Below, piece by piece: positions 41,814-54,300 of a stretch of DNA of 64,000 nucleotides. Under the pieces are notes generated by a model. It worked only from the letters and a program-made list of their open reading frames with translations. It ran no database searches and was not told the origin of the DNA. Numbering within the stretch: the first letter of the stretch is position 1; the number at the start of each line of letters is the position of its first letter. The translations under genes were made by a program, and so were the position numbers. The stretch comes from Yuukianura sp. NJ FZ-2021 (taxonomy: Eukaryota), in NCBI GenBank assembly GCA_046563655.1, contig CM102287.1:4278001-4342000 (forward strand), given 5' to 3'.

Positions 41814-44800
41814 ATGAAGGTTCCGTTTCGGCTGAAAGTGAACTTCCAGCATCAGCAGTATCCAGCATTGTTGTTTTCAGTAGTTCTTGTTTATGTCGTT
41901 TGTTTAGAACACTGTTCAGGTTTATCACTTTACGGAAACGACAATCCTCCGTTGGATCTCGACTACACTTACCACTACAAACTAAATCAAGATGCCCGCA
42001 AACCACCGTACTACAGTTCCAGAAGTTCCAGGTTAACCAATTACAGAGACGGAAGACAAAGTTCAAATGGATTTGGATCGTCCAACAGAACTTGGCCAAT
42101 CCAGCATCATCCAGCATCCAGTATCCGGTATCCTGTATCGTCCATGTCCGAATCCAGTACGACTTTTGCTCTGTACCGTCCGAATACTGGCAGTAAATCT
42201 TCATTTTTCACCGGTTCACCGTCAGACCAAAAACGATATTTTGATTCTCCCGCTCCAGCGGCTTCTGAAACATATACGTACAATAAGTTTGGATTTCCAG
42301 TGCCAGTAGTTGATAGAGAAGATACTTCGCCAGTATTTGCTACGAGAAGAGGGGATGGGCCTAAACGTTTAGGAGGTGGAGCTATCAGTGCTTACTACTC
42401 TCCGACCAATCGGATTCCTCCGAAACCGGTTCGGCCCAGTTCGGTATCCAGCGATATCCCGAATACTGGCAGTACAGCGCTGGACAGCTACTATTCCGGG
42501 TTGGGCCTGAATGTCAATGACCCGCTGTTGAGCCATATGCTGGACACGAGGTATCCACATTCCGATGGATTGGACATTAGACAGCGACTGCTGATATACA
42601 AACTGCTTTATGCTAATAACAACACTGGAGTGGCTGTTAAGGACGAAGCGAGACAACTAGCAGGTTAGTGACCTTTCCCCTTTCAAAAAAAAAAAACGTT
42701 TCGAAATCGAATTTCATGAAATTTTGAATGTTCTTAGTGATTCCACAGAATTGCTGGCATGGCGGGAAAATGTTTGGATGTGGCCTGAGCGTGTCATGTG
42801 TCCTGCAAGGCAGTAAACCGATGGACCTCTGCAACGGCGGCATGATCTGGAGTTGCTGCGTTCCGCGAGACAAGGTCATTGACCTTGCTGGAAACTTACC
42901 CGGCCTAGGTGATTTTTCAAAATTTTGAATCATGAAATCACGACTTTTCAAAATTTTGACTGTTTTTCAGCTCCGGAGAATCAGGTACTTCAGCAGACTT
43001 CGTTAGCCTCGACGTCCAGCTTCACCTATGACCCCTACCCACCTTCTAGGCCGCTGGCGGCCACCAGTATTCCAAACTACTTTGCCGATTCAATTGAAAA
43101 TGACAAAAAGTATCATCCTATTCCTGCTTCGTCACTTCGGCCGACCAATGGTCATGGGCGACCGTCAATCAATTACTTTACAACTTCAGCTCCTCCGACA
43201 TCCAGTCCTGCATCTTGGTACAACTTGTATCCCAACGACACGTTCAAATCACGGCCACCTTATACCGTTCGGACACTAAAACCGAACTTTCCGACACAAA
43301 AACCGAACTTTCCGACGACCAGCTCAAAACCATTCACCTATCGACCTTGGTCACCCGTATCGATATTCACGACAACCCGCGCTACGGTCAGACCGACGCA
43401 AATTTACGACGACCCGGCAGATGACCCGTCAAACAACGACTTATTTTTGAAAGGTCAGGCACAACTTTTTCATAGAATTTTCGCTATTTCAAAATCTTGA
43501 TTTTTCAGACTCCTTTGAATTTTGACAGTTTTTTGACAGAATTTTGATTCTTTCAAAAAATTGAAATGGGTTTTGTGACAGTTGTGGCATGAGAGGTCAT
43601 GTGACTTGACATTGGACTTTGTCTCCAAATCGTGTCAAGTCCTAAGGCATTCGTTAGTTATTGTTAGTAATTAGTCTGAATCTTGGCCGCCACAAGCAGA
43701 AGGTGTGTGACTCTGACCTGGTTCCCTTCTATTGTCATTGTCTTTACAAAAAGTGACATCGTAACCATAGTCATGGCATGTGACATGACTATGTCCCATT
43801 CTCAGAACGCCTCGTCATTGTCACACTGTCAAGATTAAGATCAAAAGAGACTCACCCCTTGAATCTGTCACCCCAAAAATACAATTATTTCAGTTTTCAG
43901 TTTCACAAAAAGTAATTTTAAAAGTCATTCACATCATTGCATTATGTTCTCAAGTTTTACCATTTCAATTTTCATTTTGAAATTTTTAATCTTCAGTTTT
44001 TTCACAATTTCGATTCTGTAAATTTTTTACGTCTTTAGCTTCTGTTAATTGTTCAGGTCGGGAGACTAGGTACGAAGACTTTTTTTTAAACTCTATTTTT
44101 TTTAAATTAATTTTTTTTTGACAAGCGAAGTTGTGGAGATGTTTTGGGGGCGAGCCCTTAAGGGTGCGGTTGTTTTTGTTGAAAATAACCTCGATGCCTC
44201 TCCAAATGAAGAGTGGCTCACAGGGGAAACAGACCTGAACGTTGAAATTGGAATTTTCTTTTTGCAAAGCGTTTTCTGTAAACTTTTTGCAAACTTTTTG
44301 CAATAAGAACGCACGCTAGACTAGGACAGTAGTGAAGTAGGAGTTCTTAAAGAATCTTTGAAACGAAACGGGTGCGGTGCATCTCTAGTTCAATTTTTTT
44401 TTGAGAGGTGCTAAACCAACCCTCGCTAAAATAATTACTAAGAGGAGCATGAAGAAACGGAAAAGCAAATTGAGATCCTGTGGGCAAGTCTAGCGGAAAC
44501 CAAAACATTTTCACATTGTCTTTTTTCATTTCTTGTGACTTTGGAAAAAAAATAACAGTAAAGTAAGAAGAAATTTTTTTTGCAATGTAACTTTCTGCTT
44601 TTTGACAAAATTTGGCAAGGGTCATTCAATTTCATTTAAGACAGTATCATGGACGTGTCAAATTGCTTTTAACTTTTACTTAATTTCAATTTTAAACTTT
44701 CTCTTGAAATGGGTTTGTCAATTGACGCTGTTGAAATTTTTTTTTTGCCTTTCGTTATATTGATGAAAGCTTCGAGCAGATTAAATATTTTTGTCAGGTC

Positions 44801-46063
44801 TGCGATTTCAGGAAGATTTTTTGACGATTTGCTTTTGTTATAAAAGTATTTCAATGTTTCGCGTCCTAAAATTAAATTAAGGCAAAATTCATCAAATGTT
44901 TAGCAAAAAATTTAATTCCTGTTTTTTTTTCATTTGCAGAATGCGGTCAAGTCTACACCAGGGCAAACCGGATTGTTGGTGGGAACGATGCTGCTTTTGG
45001 AAAAGGTGTGAAGTTTTCTAAACTGTGGAACAAATTTTTCAGTTTTTTTCAAAATTTTGATTTTCACTTGTTTTCATTTTTGTAAAATTTCAGCTCCTTG
45101 GCAAGCCGCCATAATCAAGCCTACGTTCCTGTCGAAGCGAATCGCCTGCGGTGGGGCTCTGATCAGTTCTCGGTGGGTCGTGACTGCTTCCCACTGTGTT
45201 TTCAGTACACCAGTGGCAAATCTCAAAGTTCGCCTGGGAGAGTACAATGTTCAGACACAAAATGAACGACTTCCACATGAGGACTACGCTGTCGTAAGGA
45301 GGGAGATCCATCCAGACTACAATCCAGCAGACTTCCAGAACGACATTGCACTGCTCAAGTTGTCCAGACCAGTCCAGTTCAGAGAACACATTGTACCTGT
45401 GTGTCTCCCAAGGAGAGACCAATCATTCGAAGGGAAAACTGCCACGGTAGTAGGCTGGGGAAGGACAAAACACGGTAAAAATAGACTTTGAGTGACCTTT
45501 GACCTCTAATAATGTTTGACCTTTAACCTTGACTAATTGATGACCTTGACCTTTGACCTTTCCAGGGTTCACGATTACTCCGACGTTACTTCAAGAAGTA
45601 GAAGTTGAGGTGTTTTCTCAGAAATACTGTCAGTCCATGTTCAGAGACGCTGGAAGGAAGGAGGTGATTCACGACGTGTTTCTCTGTGCTGGCAAAAAGC
45701 AAGGCGGAGCTGACAGGTTCAACTGAATTCTAAAAACACAAATTCAAAATTTTAAAAAGTTCAAAATTTTGAATGATTCAAAAAATTTTTATTCTAAACT
45801 AACCTTAGCTGTCAAGGTGACAGCGGTGGACCACTGACGACCGATGTAGACGGACAGTTCACTCTGGTTGGACTTGTGTCCTGGGGAATCGGTTGCGGCA
45901 AAGAAAAATTGCCAGGTACGCAAACTTGCAAGTTGCAAAGTTGTACTTGCGCATTTCACACTTTTATTAAAACTAACTTGACCTTTGACCTCTGAAAATT
46001 CTAGGGGTATACACAAACATTGCTCGGTTTGCTGACTGGATAAACAGATACGTTACAAGCTAA
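41814..46063 (+). CDS. Clip/Stubble-type serine protease, CG8172-like
   Basis: Exons 41814-42663, 42738-42908, 42971-43452, 44940-45005, 45094-45474, 45566-45716, 45809-45915 and 46005-46063. Knot [70 protein letters not shown]. Confidence 0.9.
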
Positions 46064-46306
46064 AAAGCAAAAAGATACAAAAAGGAGGAAGAGGAAGTTT
46101 ATATACTGTGATTCACAAAAGAAAACCAGTTAAATCGTTTCTAAAAAGTTTAAGAATCGATTAATCCTTGTAAATTATACTTTTGTATACGTTTTGAAAA
46201 CTAAAATTGTTGCCTACTTTTTAAAAACAAACGCTAACGTTAGGCACTTCCAAGGTCACATTTCATTTCAAAAGCATTTGAGCTATCTACGTTTCAATTG
46301 GCAGGG

Positions 46307-46342
46307 TGACCTTGACCTTTGACCTCTTAAAGGTCAAGGTCA
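46307..46342. repeat. 14-bp perfect inverted repeat built from TGACCT units, immediately after the LRRC40 stop codon
   Basis: TGACCTTGACCTTT-gacctctt-AAAGGTCAAGGTCA. Confidence 0.85.
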
Positions 46343-46344
46343 TC

Positions 46345-48878
46345 TTAAGGTGCAGGAAGAATTCGGTTTCTCAGATACAACATAGTCGGTTCGGTTCCTT
46401 TTGCCAGAACATGATATGGAGGAATCCTAAAAGCGTTGCCTTGAATCGAGAGCCTCCTAAACCAAAAATGAAAAAAGTTCGTAAAAACTCAAATTTTTTG
46501 AATTTTGAAACTTCTTTAGACTTACATCAGAGGCAAAAGTCCAAGTTCCGGAGGACATGCTGCGATATTGTTGTTGTCCAGCACAAGAGTGGCCAGTTTC
46601 GGAAGTTTTTTGAGCCCCTCCACATCAATCGCTTCAATTTTGTTGTCTTGAGCAATCAAAATTTCTAGCAGCGGAAGTTCATAGAGACATGGAGGAATTG
46701 AAGTGAATTTGTTAAATGACAAATTGATTTCTCTCAGTTTCTGCAAATTGGCAAATTCGTTTGGCAGATCCAATATTTGATTGTTCTGAAAAGTTATGTA
46801 GTAGAGATGCGGAGAGTTTCCGATACACGAAGGTAAAGCAGAAAATTTGTTCCTGTCCAGGTTCAGCTCCCTTAACTTGGCACAAACTTCTTCAAACCTA
46901 AATTTCAAAAATTTCAAAAAATCTTTTTAAAATTCAAGCCCAGCTCAGTTTTAACTTACGATGCTGGTAGGCTGCTTAGAAAATTATGAGACAAATCCAC
47001 TTTCGTCACTCCAGCAGCAGTTGCTGTCTGAAACACAGACTCAGCTAGTTCAATCACTTGCTGTCCGGTAATACTCAGCTGTCCAGAAGATTTCAACTTG
47101 TGAATGTCCACGACAATTTCTGGTTCAACGTTTGGTCCATTCCCACCCGAAGATTTTCTTGTTTTGGTGACATTTGTGGAAGAAGAGGAGCTGGAAGTCA
47201 GCTGATTTGGACTTGGCGGTGGGCCAACGTGCTTTCCTTTCAAATATTTCAAAAGTTCTACCGAACCGCGCTGCAAAATGTCCACACGAATGCCTCTCAA
47301 AGGGTTTCCTTCGAGTGTTAGCTGCTTCAAAGCTGGGAGAAACGGCAGCTCTGTGGGAAGACTGAAAATATTTAAAAGCGAAGGTGGAAACCGAGCCAAC
47401 TTTTGGTCAAATTATGAATCGCAATAGTCAATTGAATTACTTTTGAATGTCGTTGTTGTCTAACAAAAATCGGTCAAGTAGTTCCAAATCCTCCAAAACA
47501 ATTTCAATGTCGCTGATTTTGTTTGCACGAAGATCAATGAACCGAATTTGAGTACCGGAAAAAACCGAAGATGAAAAGGTACGAACTTGATTGTCACGCA
47601 TATACTGCAAAAAGAAAAATGAAAACAAATGAATGTAATTTTACTTCAATTGAATAGTTGCTACGTTGAAATCGATGATTATTCTTAGCTTCTGTAAATT
47701 TTCCAAAATTGTGAGAGATCGACTCACCAATTCTATGAGATGTGACGCATTTTGAAGATTTGGGATCTTCTTCATCTTGTTTTGTTGGAGATAAAGAATC
47801 TCCAGGCGACAGAATTGAGAAAGCAGCGATCCGAGGTCGGTCAAACAATTTTCAGAAAGATCCAAATGACGAAGTCCTAAAAAAAACAGTTCCAAACGAA
47901 TTTCAGCATTAGTTGAGACTTCAACTCGTTTCTTTTCTTCTTCATATTTTCTAACCTGTGAGACTACTAAAATCTGACGGGAGTTGTTCCAATTTGTTTC
48001 TGGCGAGAGTTAACGTCGTAAGAGAACTTAAAAATCCAATATCCGGGGGTAACTTTGTGAGTTGATTGTTTGCCAACTCCTGAAACCAGAAAAGTGGGAA
48101 GTTAAAAACGATTGAAAAAAATCTCTTTTTTGCATGTTGCAACTCACGAGCAGTGTCAAACTGGAGAAATTTCCGAGTTCTTCCGACAGTTCACGAAGGT
48201 TGTTATTACTGAGACGGAGTTCGGTGAGTCTGTTCAGTCTGTAAAATTCCTCTGGTATCTCCTCAATACGATTTCGACTCAAGTCGACTTTGGTTAGGTT
48301 CTCTAAAAGACCAAATTCCTTTGGGATGATACTGATATGATTGTCGTGAGCCTGGAACAAGAAGATAAAGCTTCAGAATTGAGCGGAAGTTAAAAAAATG
48401 CTTAGCGAATTCAAACTTACGTCAAATACTTGCAAAAAGCTCAGCTTCTCCACGTCAGCTGGGATCACAGAGATGCAATTATTGGCAATCACTAGTTTCT
48501 GCAACTCAGCAAACTCCCACCATCGCTGATCCGAAGAACTATCCAGAGCTACGCTGAGCGCATCCCCTTCGTCCTTTTGGATTTCGTTCAACTTCCATAC
48601 TTTAGCCGGAACTGTTAACAAAGTATGGTGATTATTGCTCAGTATACTACAAGCATTTCAGTTTTTCTTTTTGATAAATTATGGTTACTTTGTGATAAAT
48701 TCTTGGAAGCTAGATTGAGCACCCCAGTTTTCCTGGCTTCTTGGACCAAGCGCAGAGCAATGGCATCACTTGGCACGTCTTCGTTAAATACTGGTGAAGC
48801 GTTGAGCGCCTGCTTCTTGGCTTTCACAAACGATCTGACACTGTTACTCTTCGGTGCTCCTGTAACTGTTTTCTTCAT
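46345..48878 (-). CDS. LRRC40: Leucine-rich repeat-containing protein 40
   Basis: ARKTGVLNLASKNL..VWKLN..RWWEFAELQKLVIANN; many LxxLxLxxN repeats; LEGNPLRGIRVDILQRGSVELLKYL; terminal GNAFRIP..GTEPTMLYLRNRI. Confidence 0.9.
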
Positions 48879-49441
48879 TTCGATATGATTGAGTGACGCT
48901 TCCTGGTCAAAATAAAAAGAAACATTAGTAATTTTTGAAATAAGTTTGGCATAAATCAGCCGATTCACAAACCTTACCCAGTTAATACTGTAATCTTCCT
49001 ATTTGTGTTCAAAATCGGCAACTGATGATGACTGTGGACATTTAAATGCTCATTGGTCACTGTTGCTCAATTTCAATTCAGAAAATCTAACAACAATCAA
49101 TCAACCAAGAACTGAAACTGAAAACGAAAAGAAAAAGAAAAGAAAAGAACTGTCAAAAATTAAAATTGAAAATTTTGAAATCCCGGTTCGCGCGTTTTAA
49201 CTTTGAATTTTTTTGCAACGATCGCATTCTTTACTTTATGGAACAATACCACAATAATTAATATTGTGTTGACAAAAATTAAAAGTATGTAATTAATTTA
49301 TATTATAATTAATTCTTATAAAAATAATAGTATAGAATCAAAATCAGCAAACAAACGCAAAATATACGAACAAGAATCAAATTTCAACTTGAACTTTCAT
49401 TTCGTACATGCTTTCCCGTATAGCTCATTCTGGACAATTAT

Positions 49442-49451
49442 TAGATGGCGC
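49442..49451 (+). promoter_or_regulatory. CTCF-like core motif between the LRRC40 promoter and the Dll locus
   Basis: TAGATGGCGC within AT-rich intergenic DNA; motif match only. Confidence 0.35.
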
Positions 49452-51310
49452 CTTACTAAACTTTTTTTGGAATAAAACTGAAAGTTAATTTTTTAATTTT
49501 TCAAATCAACAATTGCAAAAGCCAAGCTCAGTTTAGCGAAAATTAACTAACATGGTTTGTATGCCTGTATTTTCTACTGGCAAACTCAACTACTTCATTT
49601 AGTAAATTGAGTATAGTTAATTGCGGTTTAATTACGATTTCACTATTATCCCGACAAAGAATTTGTTCACTTTACCTTGAGATGGGGCACGCTGAAATTT
49701 CAAAATTCTAACGACGGGAAGAATTTGAAAAAAGTTGAAAGGGTATTCCATTGTTTCTTTGTTTTGATTGTGAATTTGTATTCTTCTGGTTAAATTTCTT
49801 TGTTTCAATACATTTTAATTAATTTTACTTGATTTATTTATTTATTATGTATTAGTTATTTAAATAATTTCACGTTTCTGGTGTCCGATACAGCGGAGAA
49901 GCATCTTCACTTTAATTAGCCAAGAAATTTCCAAATTGGTTTCTGCAATTCACGCGGGTTCAACATGTCAGCCGTTACGCCGTAAGAATGTGGGTGAGGA
50001 ACTTTTGTTTCTGTTTGCGTTTAAAAGTGACTTAATTTTAAGTAGAGTCAATTAACGTGTTGTAATTGGTGGTAGCAAACGAGTAACAAGTGAAGGGAGT
50101 TGTTATAAAACTGTTTTTGGTGGTAAGTAATGTAATTTGCTCTAATTAAATGTTTACCTGTCAATTTGGCCGTACTCGCCGAAAAGTGTAAGTGTTTTAG
50201 TTAAATTGGTTAATGGATCGTAATTAGTTGGTGGTGTTGAATTGGAAGAGTTTGGAGAGGATAAGTAAAGCAAAAAGGGATCATTATTATGTATTATGTT
50301 GTTATGATTATTATTTCGAATGAGCTACTCAACTAAAGTGGATTTGACACGCCGATTATTATGTGCACTTAAGCCCTTGGCCTTTCTTTGTTTGTTTTCA
50401 GCCTGCTCCACTCGGGTCATCCTCAACTCAGCCCGGTTCAGATCAGCTGTGACCCCTGCAACACTCCGAATCAACATAAATCGACGACATTGTCACGGAT
50501 TAAGCATTGGACTTTTTAAGTTACGACGAAAGACGACTTGGAGTCATGTCCCAAGTGGTGGGGACGGAAAATTACAGCGTGACGGGATGTGAGCGATGTT
50601 GGAAGAAGATGATGATGGAGCTTGAGCTGTTCGGGTCGGCCGCCCTGAAGTTTCGATGGATGATATATTGACAGGTCGTAGTAGCCAGGAGCCTAAGGAC
50701 GGAATAATTTTTGGAAACCAATGGGAACGGGACCACTTTGGCCATAGACGAAAGGGCTTGGCTCTCCCTAGTTGGGCCGCCTCTTACGACAACTCCAGGC
50801 GGAGCATAGGGACGGCAATGGACTGACTCTTGGCTCTCTACGAAGCACGACGACCTGCCAACCAGCTAGGAAATTACAGTGTGAGGATGATTGTTCTCGA
50901 GGTTGGACGTGGATCACGGTAGGATCTGAGCCAAACAGTTACTAACCTTTGTGTATCCAACATATCCCAACACTTAATCGCTCCAATTATCTTATTTCAG
51001 TTTACCACGGTACTAAATTATCCCAACTCACGTGTTGTACCCACTTCCGGAACAAATCAAGCTGCTACCCGGTTGAATTGGATCTCCTCTGTCCTGGACA
51101 ACTTCCTCCACCGAGAAAGTGTTGTCACAGTGCCAATTGAGAGCCACCGTGGACCGTGGGTCACGGTGAGCGCCGTGTCGGAGTGCCATAATTGTTCCTT
51201 TCACTGGTCCGTTCTCTTCGGCCGCTACCACGTTGAACTTTGGTGACCTGTCTAGCCCGTTCCCGGGAGGACTGGGCCTGAGTCCTGTTCCGGGCGGGCT
51301 AGATGATGAG

Positions 51311-54300
51311 ATGCAACATCAGCAACAGTCATCTTCCTATCGAGCGGCGGCTGCAGCCGCTGCAGTGGCAGCATATCAGGAACAAAACTATCGAGCAGGA
51401 TATCCATTCCCACCACATCAAAACCCCTATGGAGGATATCATCTCGCCAATCCATATCCACCACAGTGTCAGTCACCACCCAAGGATGGTGAGTTTTTTC
51501 AAAAATTTAAAAAAAAAGCCAAGAAATCTGGATCTTAGAAAAAAAATTTTTAATTGTGCGAAAAAGTATGTTTCAATTTCCATCCGTACCGCAGTGTTGG
51601 ATTTTCATCGGAAATCAAAATCAGATGGAATTTTAAAGAATTGTAAATTGAGTTGACATTTAGGGGAATTTTTTTTTTAAATTTCAAAAGTTTTTTTTTT
51701 TTTTTTCAAAAGTTGGCTCTCTTGAATTGACATTTTTAGAAAATTTAGGTTGTGATGATTCCATGATTCCATTCACTTTTATGAAAAATTTGTAAACTTA
51801 AAAATTTGAAAATGAATACAGTTTTGCCTCCTTTCTCTCATGTGTGGGGTGCATTTTAAAATATTTTGATGTTGATTCAAAATTTTTTGAATTTGTTCAA
51901 ATAAAAAAATTAGGAAAGTGAAAAAATGAGTTCGGAAAACAATGGATCATGCAAACTGTTTAAAGTGGAAGGCGGGAAATGATGAAGCGGCGTTGTAAAG
52001 GGCTGGAGCAGAGGTCAAATTGCATGCTGAGAGGGTGGCACATGAGGTCATTTCAAATTTATGAGGTTGCTTCCCTCCAGAAACAGCCCCTTGTGCCACC
52101 GCCTAACCTAATCTATGTTAGGTTAGCCTACCCTAATAGTTTTATGTTGTAGGTGGAGAAAGGCTCCCCCGCTTTAAATTCTGAAATGTGATATTCCAGT
52201 ACCGTTGTTCTGAACAGAGGAGCTTCGTTTCAAAAAACCTAAAAAATGTGGAAAAAATTCTATTGTTTACTTTTTTCAGAACCGAAAGAGGAACCTGGAG
52301 GCCTTCGGCTCAATGGAAAAGGAAAGAAGATGCGGAAACCCAGAACGATCTACTCGTCTCTCCAGTTGCAGCAATTGAATCGACGCTTTCAGCGTACTCA
52401 GTACTTGGCTCTACCTGAAAGAGCTGAACTAGCTGCCTCTCTTGGTCTCACACAGACACAAGTAAGACAAATCTTACATCTCTTACAAAACTAACCTTAG
52501 AAAACATAACCTAGCCTAGCAAAAACTAACCTAATCCTCAAGCATCATCTTTCAACCAACTTCCTTCTCACGTCTTTCTTAAAAAGACGCATCTTCAGAT
52601 TTCGGAATCCGAGATTTCTTAAAAATTTCGCTTCTCTCAGAATTGGGTTTCTCAGGATTTCTCATAATTCGATTCCTTAGATATTCCTGGTTCGAATTTT
52701 GTCAAAATGACATTGTGAGAAGATGAGACCAGAAATCGTTTTTTGAAATGACTCACTTCATCAAATTTTTAATTTCGATTGACCTTTGTTGATCTTAATT
52801 AAGTTTTGGTTAGATTGAAAGTTTTAATTGTAAAGCTATAAACCTATTCAAAATTGTTTCAGTTTCAGTCCACAAAGTAAATTCAGAACAGTTTTGTTAG
52901 CTCAAGGAGTGTTGCTTGTTTATGTTAAGTTTGTTTCTTGTTTGTCTAAGCATGTTTGCTCAAGAAAAAATGTTGAATTTTTTTGACTCAGATGTTGGTG
53001 TTTAAAAAAATCAAAACAGAAATACTTCTTTTTATTCGATATCTGTACAGCTTTTTAAAAATGAAACAGTTAAGTTTTTGGCCAAAAATGGAAAAACTCT
53101 AGCGGAGTGACAAACCTTTTACGGGGGAGTAAAAAATGCACTAATTTTTTTTTTTGAAAAGCTATGCATTTTGTATAACGGATTGTTGATTGTTGCTGGA
53201 CGAGATCTCGTGAATGTCTTCTATTGTCTGCATTCTTCTACACTTTATTATTATTTTTTATACGAGTATAATTTTTTATTATTCATAAAGAATAGAGTGA
53301 GACTGGAAAGATTGAGTAGCCAGTGTTCATTTGTTTGCGTTGCTACAAGCATGTCTAATGACAACAACCCTAACCAGGAGCCTTTCTCAATGGATTTGCA
53401 CGGTAAATTATGTTTTGTGGGCCGAAGGGACTGGATTTGGTGGAATGATCTCTCTCTGCAGGTTCCCTTTCTGCTTTAATTCCTTCTCAATTGAAGTCCC
53501 TCCAAGGCAGGATTCACCTGTCGCGAACGAAGGAGCCTTCAGGGCCCTCAGATCTTACTTTTTAACAAAACAGTAGCTTTGGCTCCCCTGGGAAGTCAAG
53601 GGAGCTTAAAGTGATCAATGGGAAGTCCACATTCTGTGGCTACAGGGACAGAGAGACGCTTTTTTCAAACTTTTTAAAGGTTCTCACACAAGATCTCCCG
53701 ATGAGCTCATTAAACATCCCACGTCTTAGCACTTTTCTTTTGAGAAATCCATAAGCTCCGCTTCTTCTTTTCAAAAGCAAAAAAACAGGATTTGGAACAT
53801 GTTGGGACTCAATTTGTTACGCGACGATTTTTTCAATTTATCAATTTTTCAATTTCTTGGAGCCTCCAAATTCCAATTTAAAAAAAAAAGATGTAAAAGT
53901 TTTAGATTTTTCAGTTTAACGGCGTTTGAAATTTAGTTTTTCCAAAATCTGAGAAAGGCACCACATTTTGAAAGTTTTTGCGGATGCATTCGCGCTGAAA
54001 ATTTTGAAAAAAGAAACTTTAGTTTTAGCTTCTAAACTTCTATGTCGAATGAAGTTTAGTTTGTTCAAAAGTTAGGAAAAATCAACACATTTTGAAAGTT
54101 AACGATGTTTTCTGTACTGTGAAGTTGAAAATAGAACTTTAGTTTTAAAATAATGTTTAAAAAATTTGGAAAAGCTAACCTAATTTGGAAATTAAGGTTG
54201 GTTAGGTTAGTTAGGCTTAGGAGTCGGAATTGTAAGGAGGATAGTGGATTGTAAGCATGAGTTTCATATTTGAGAGCGTAGGCTATTGAATGGATTGGTT

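Noticed and set aside
52493..54230. Interstitial telomeric (TTAGG)n sequence
   Set aside because: Only scattered degenerate TAACC/GGTTA words are present, not a tandem array.
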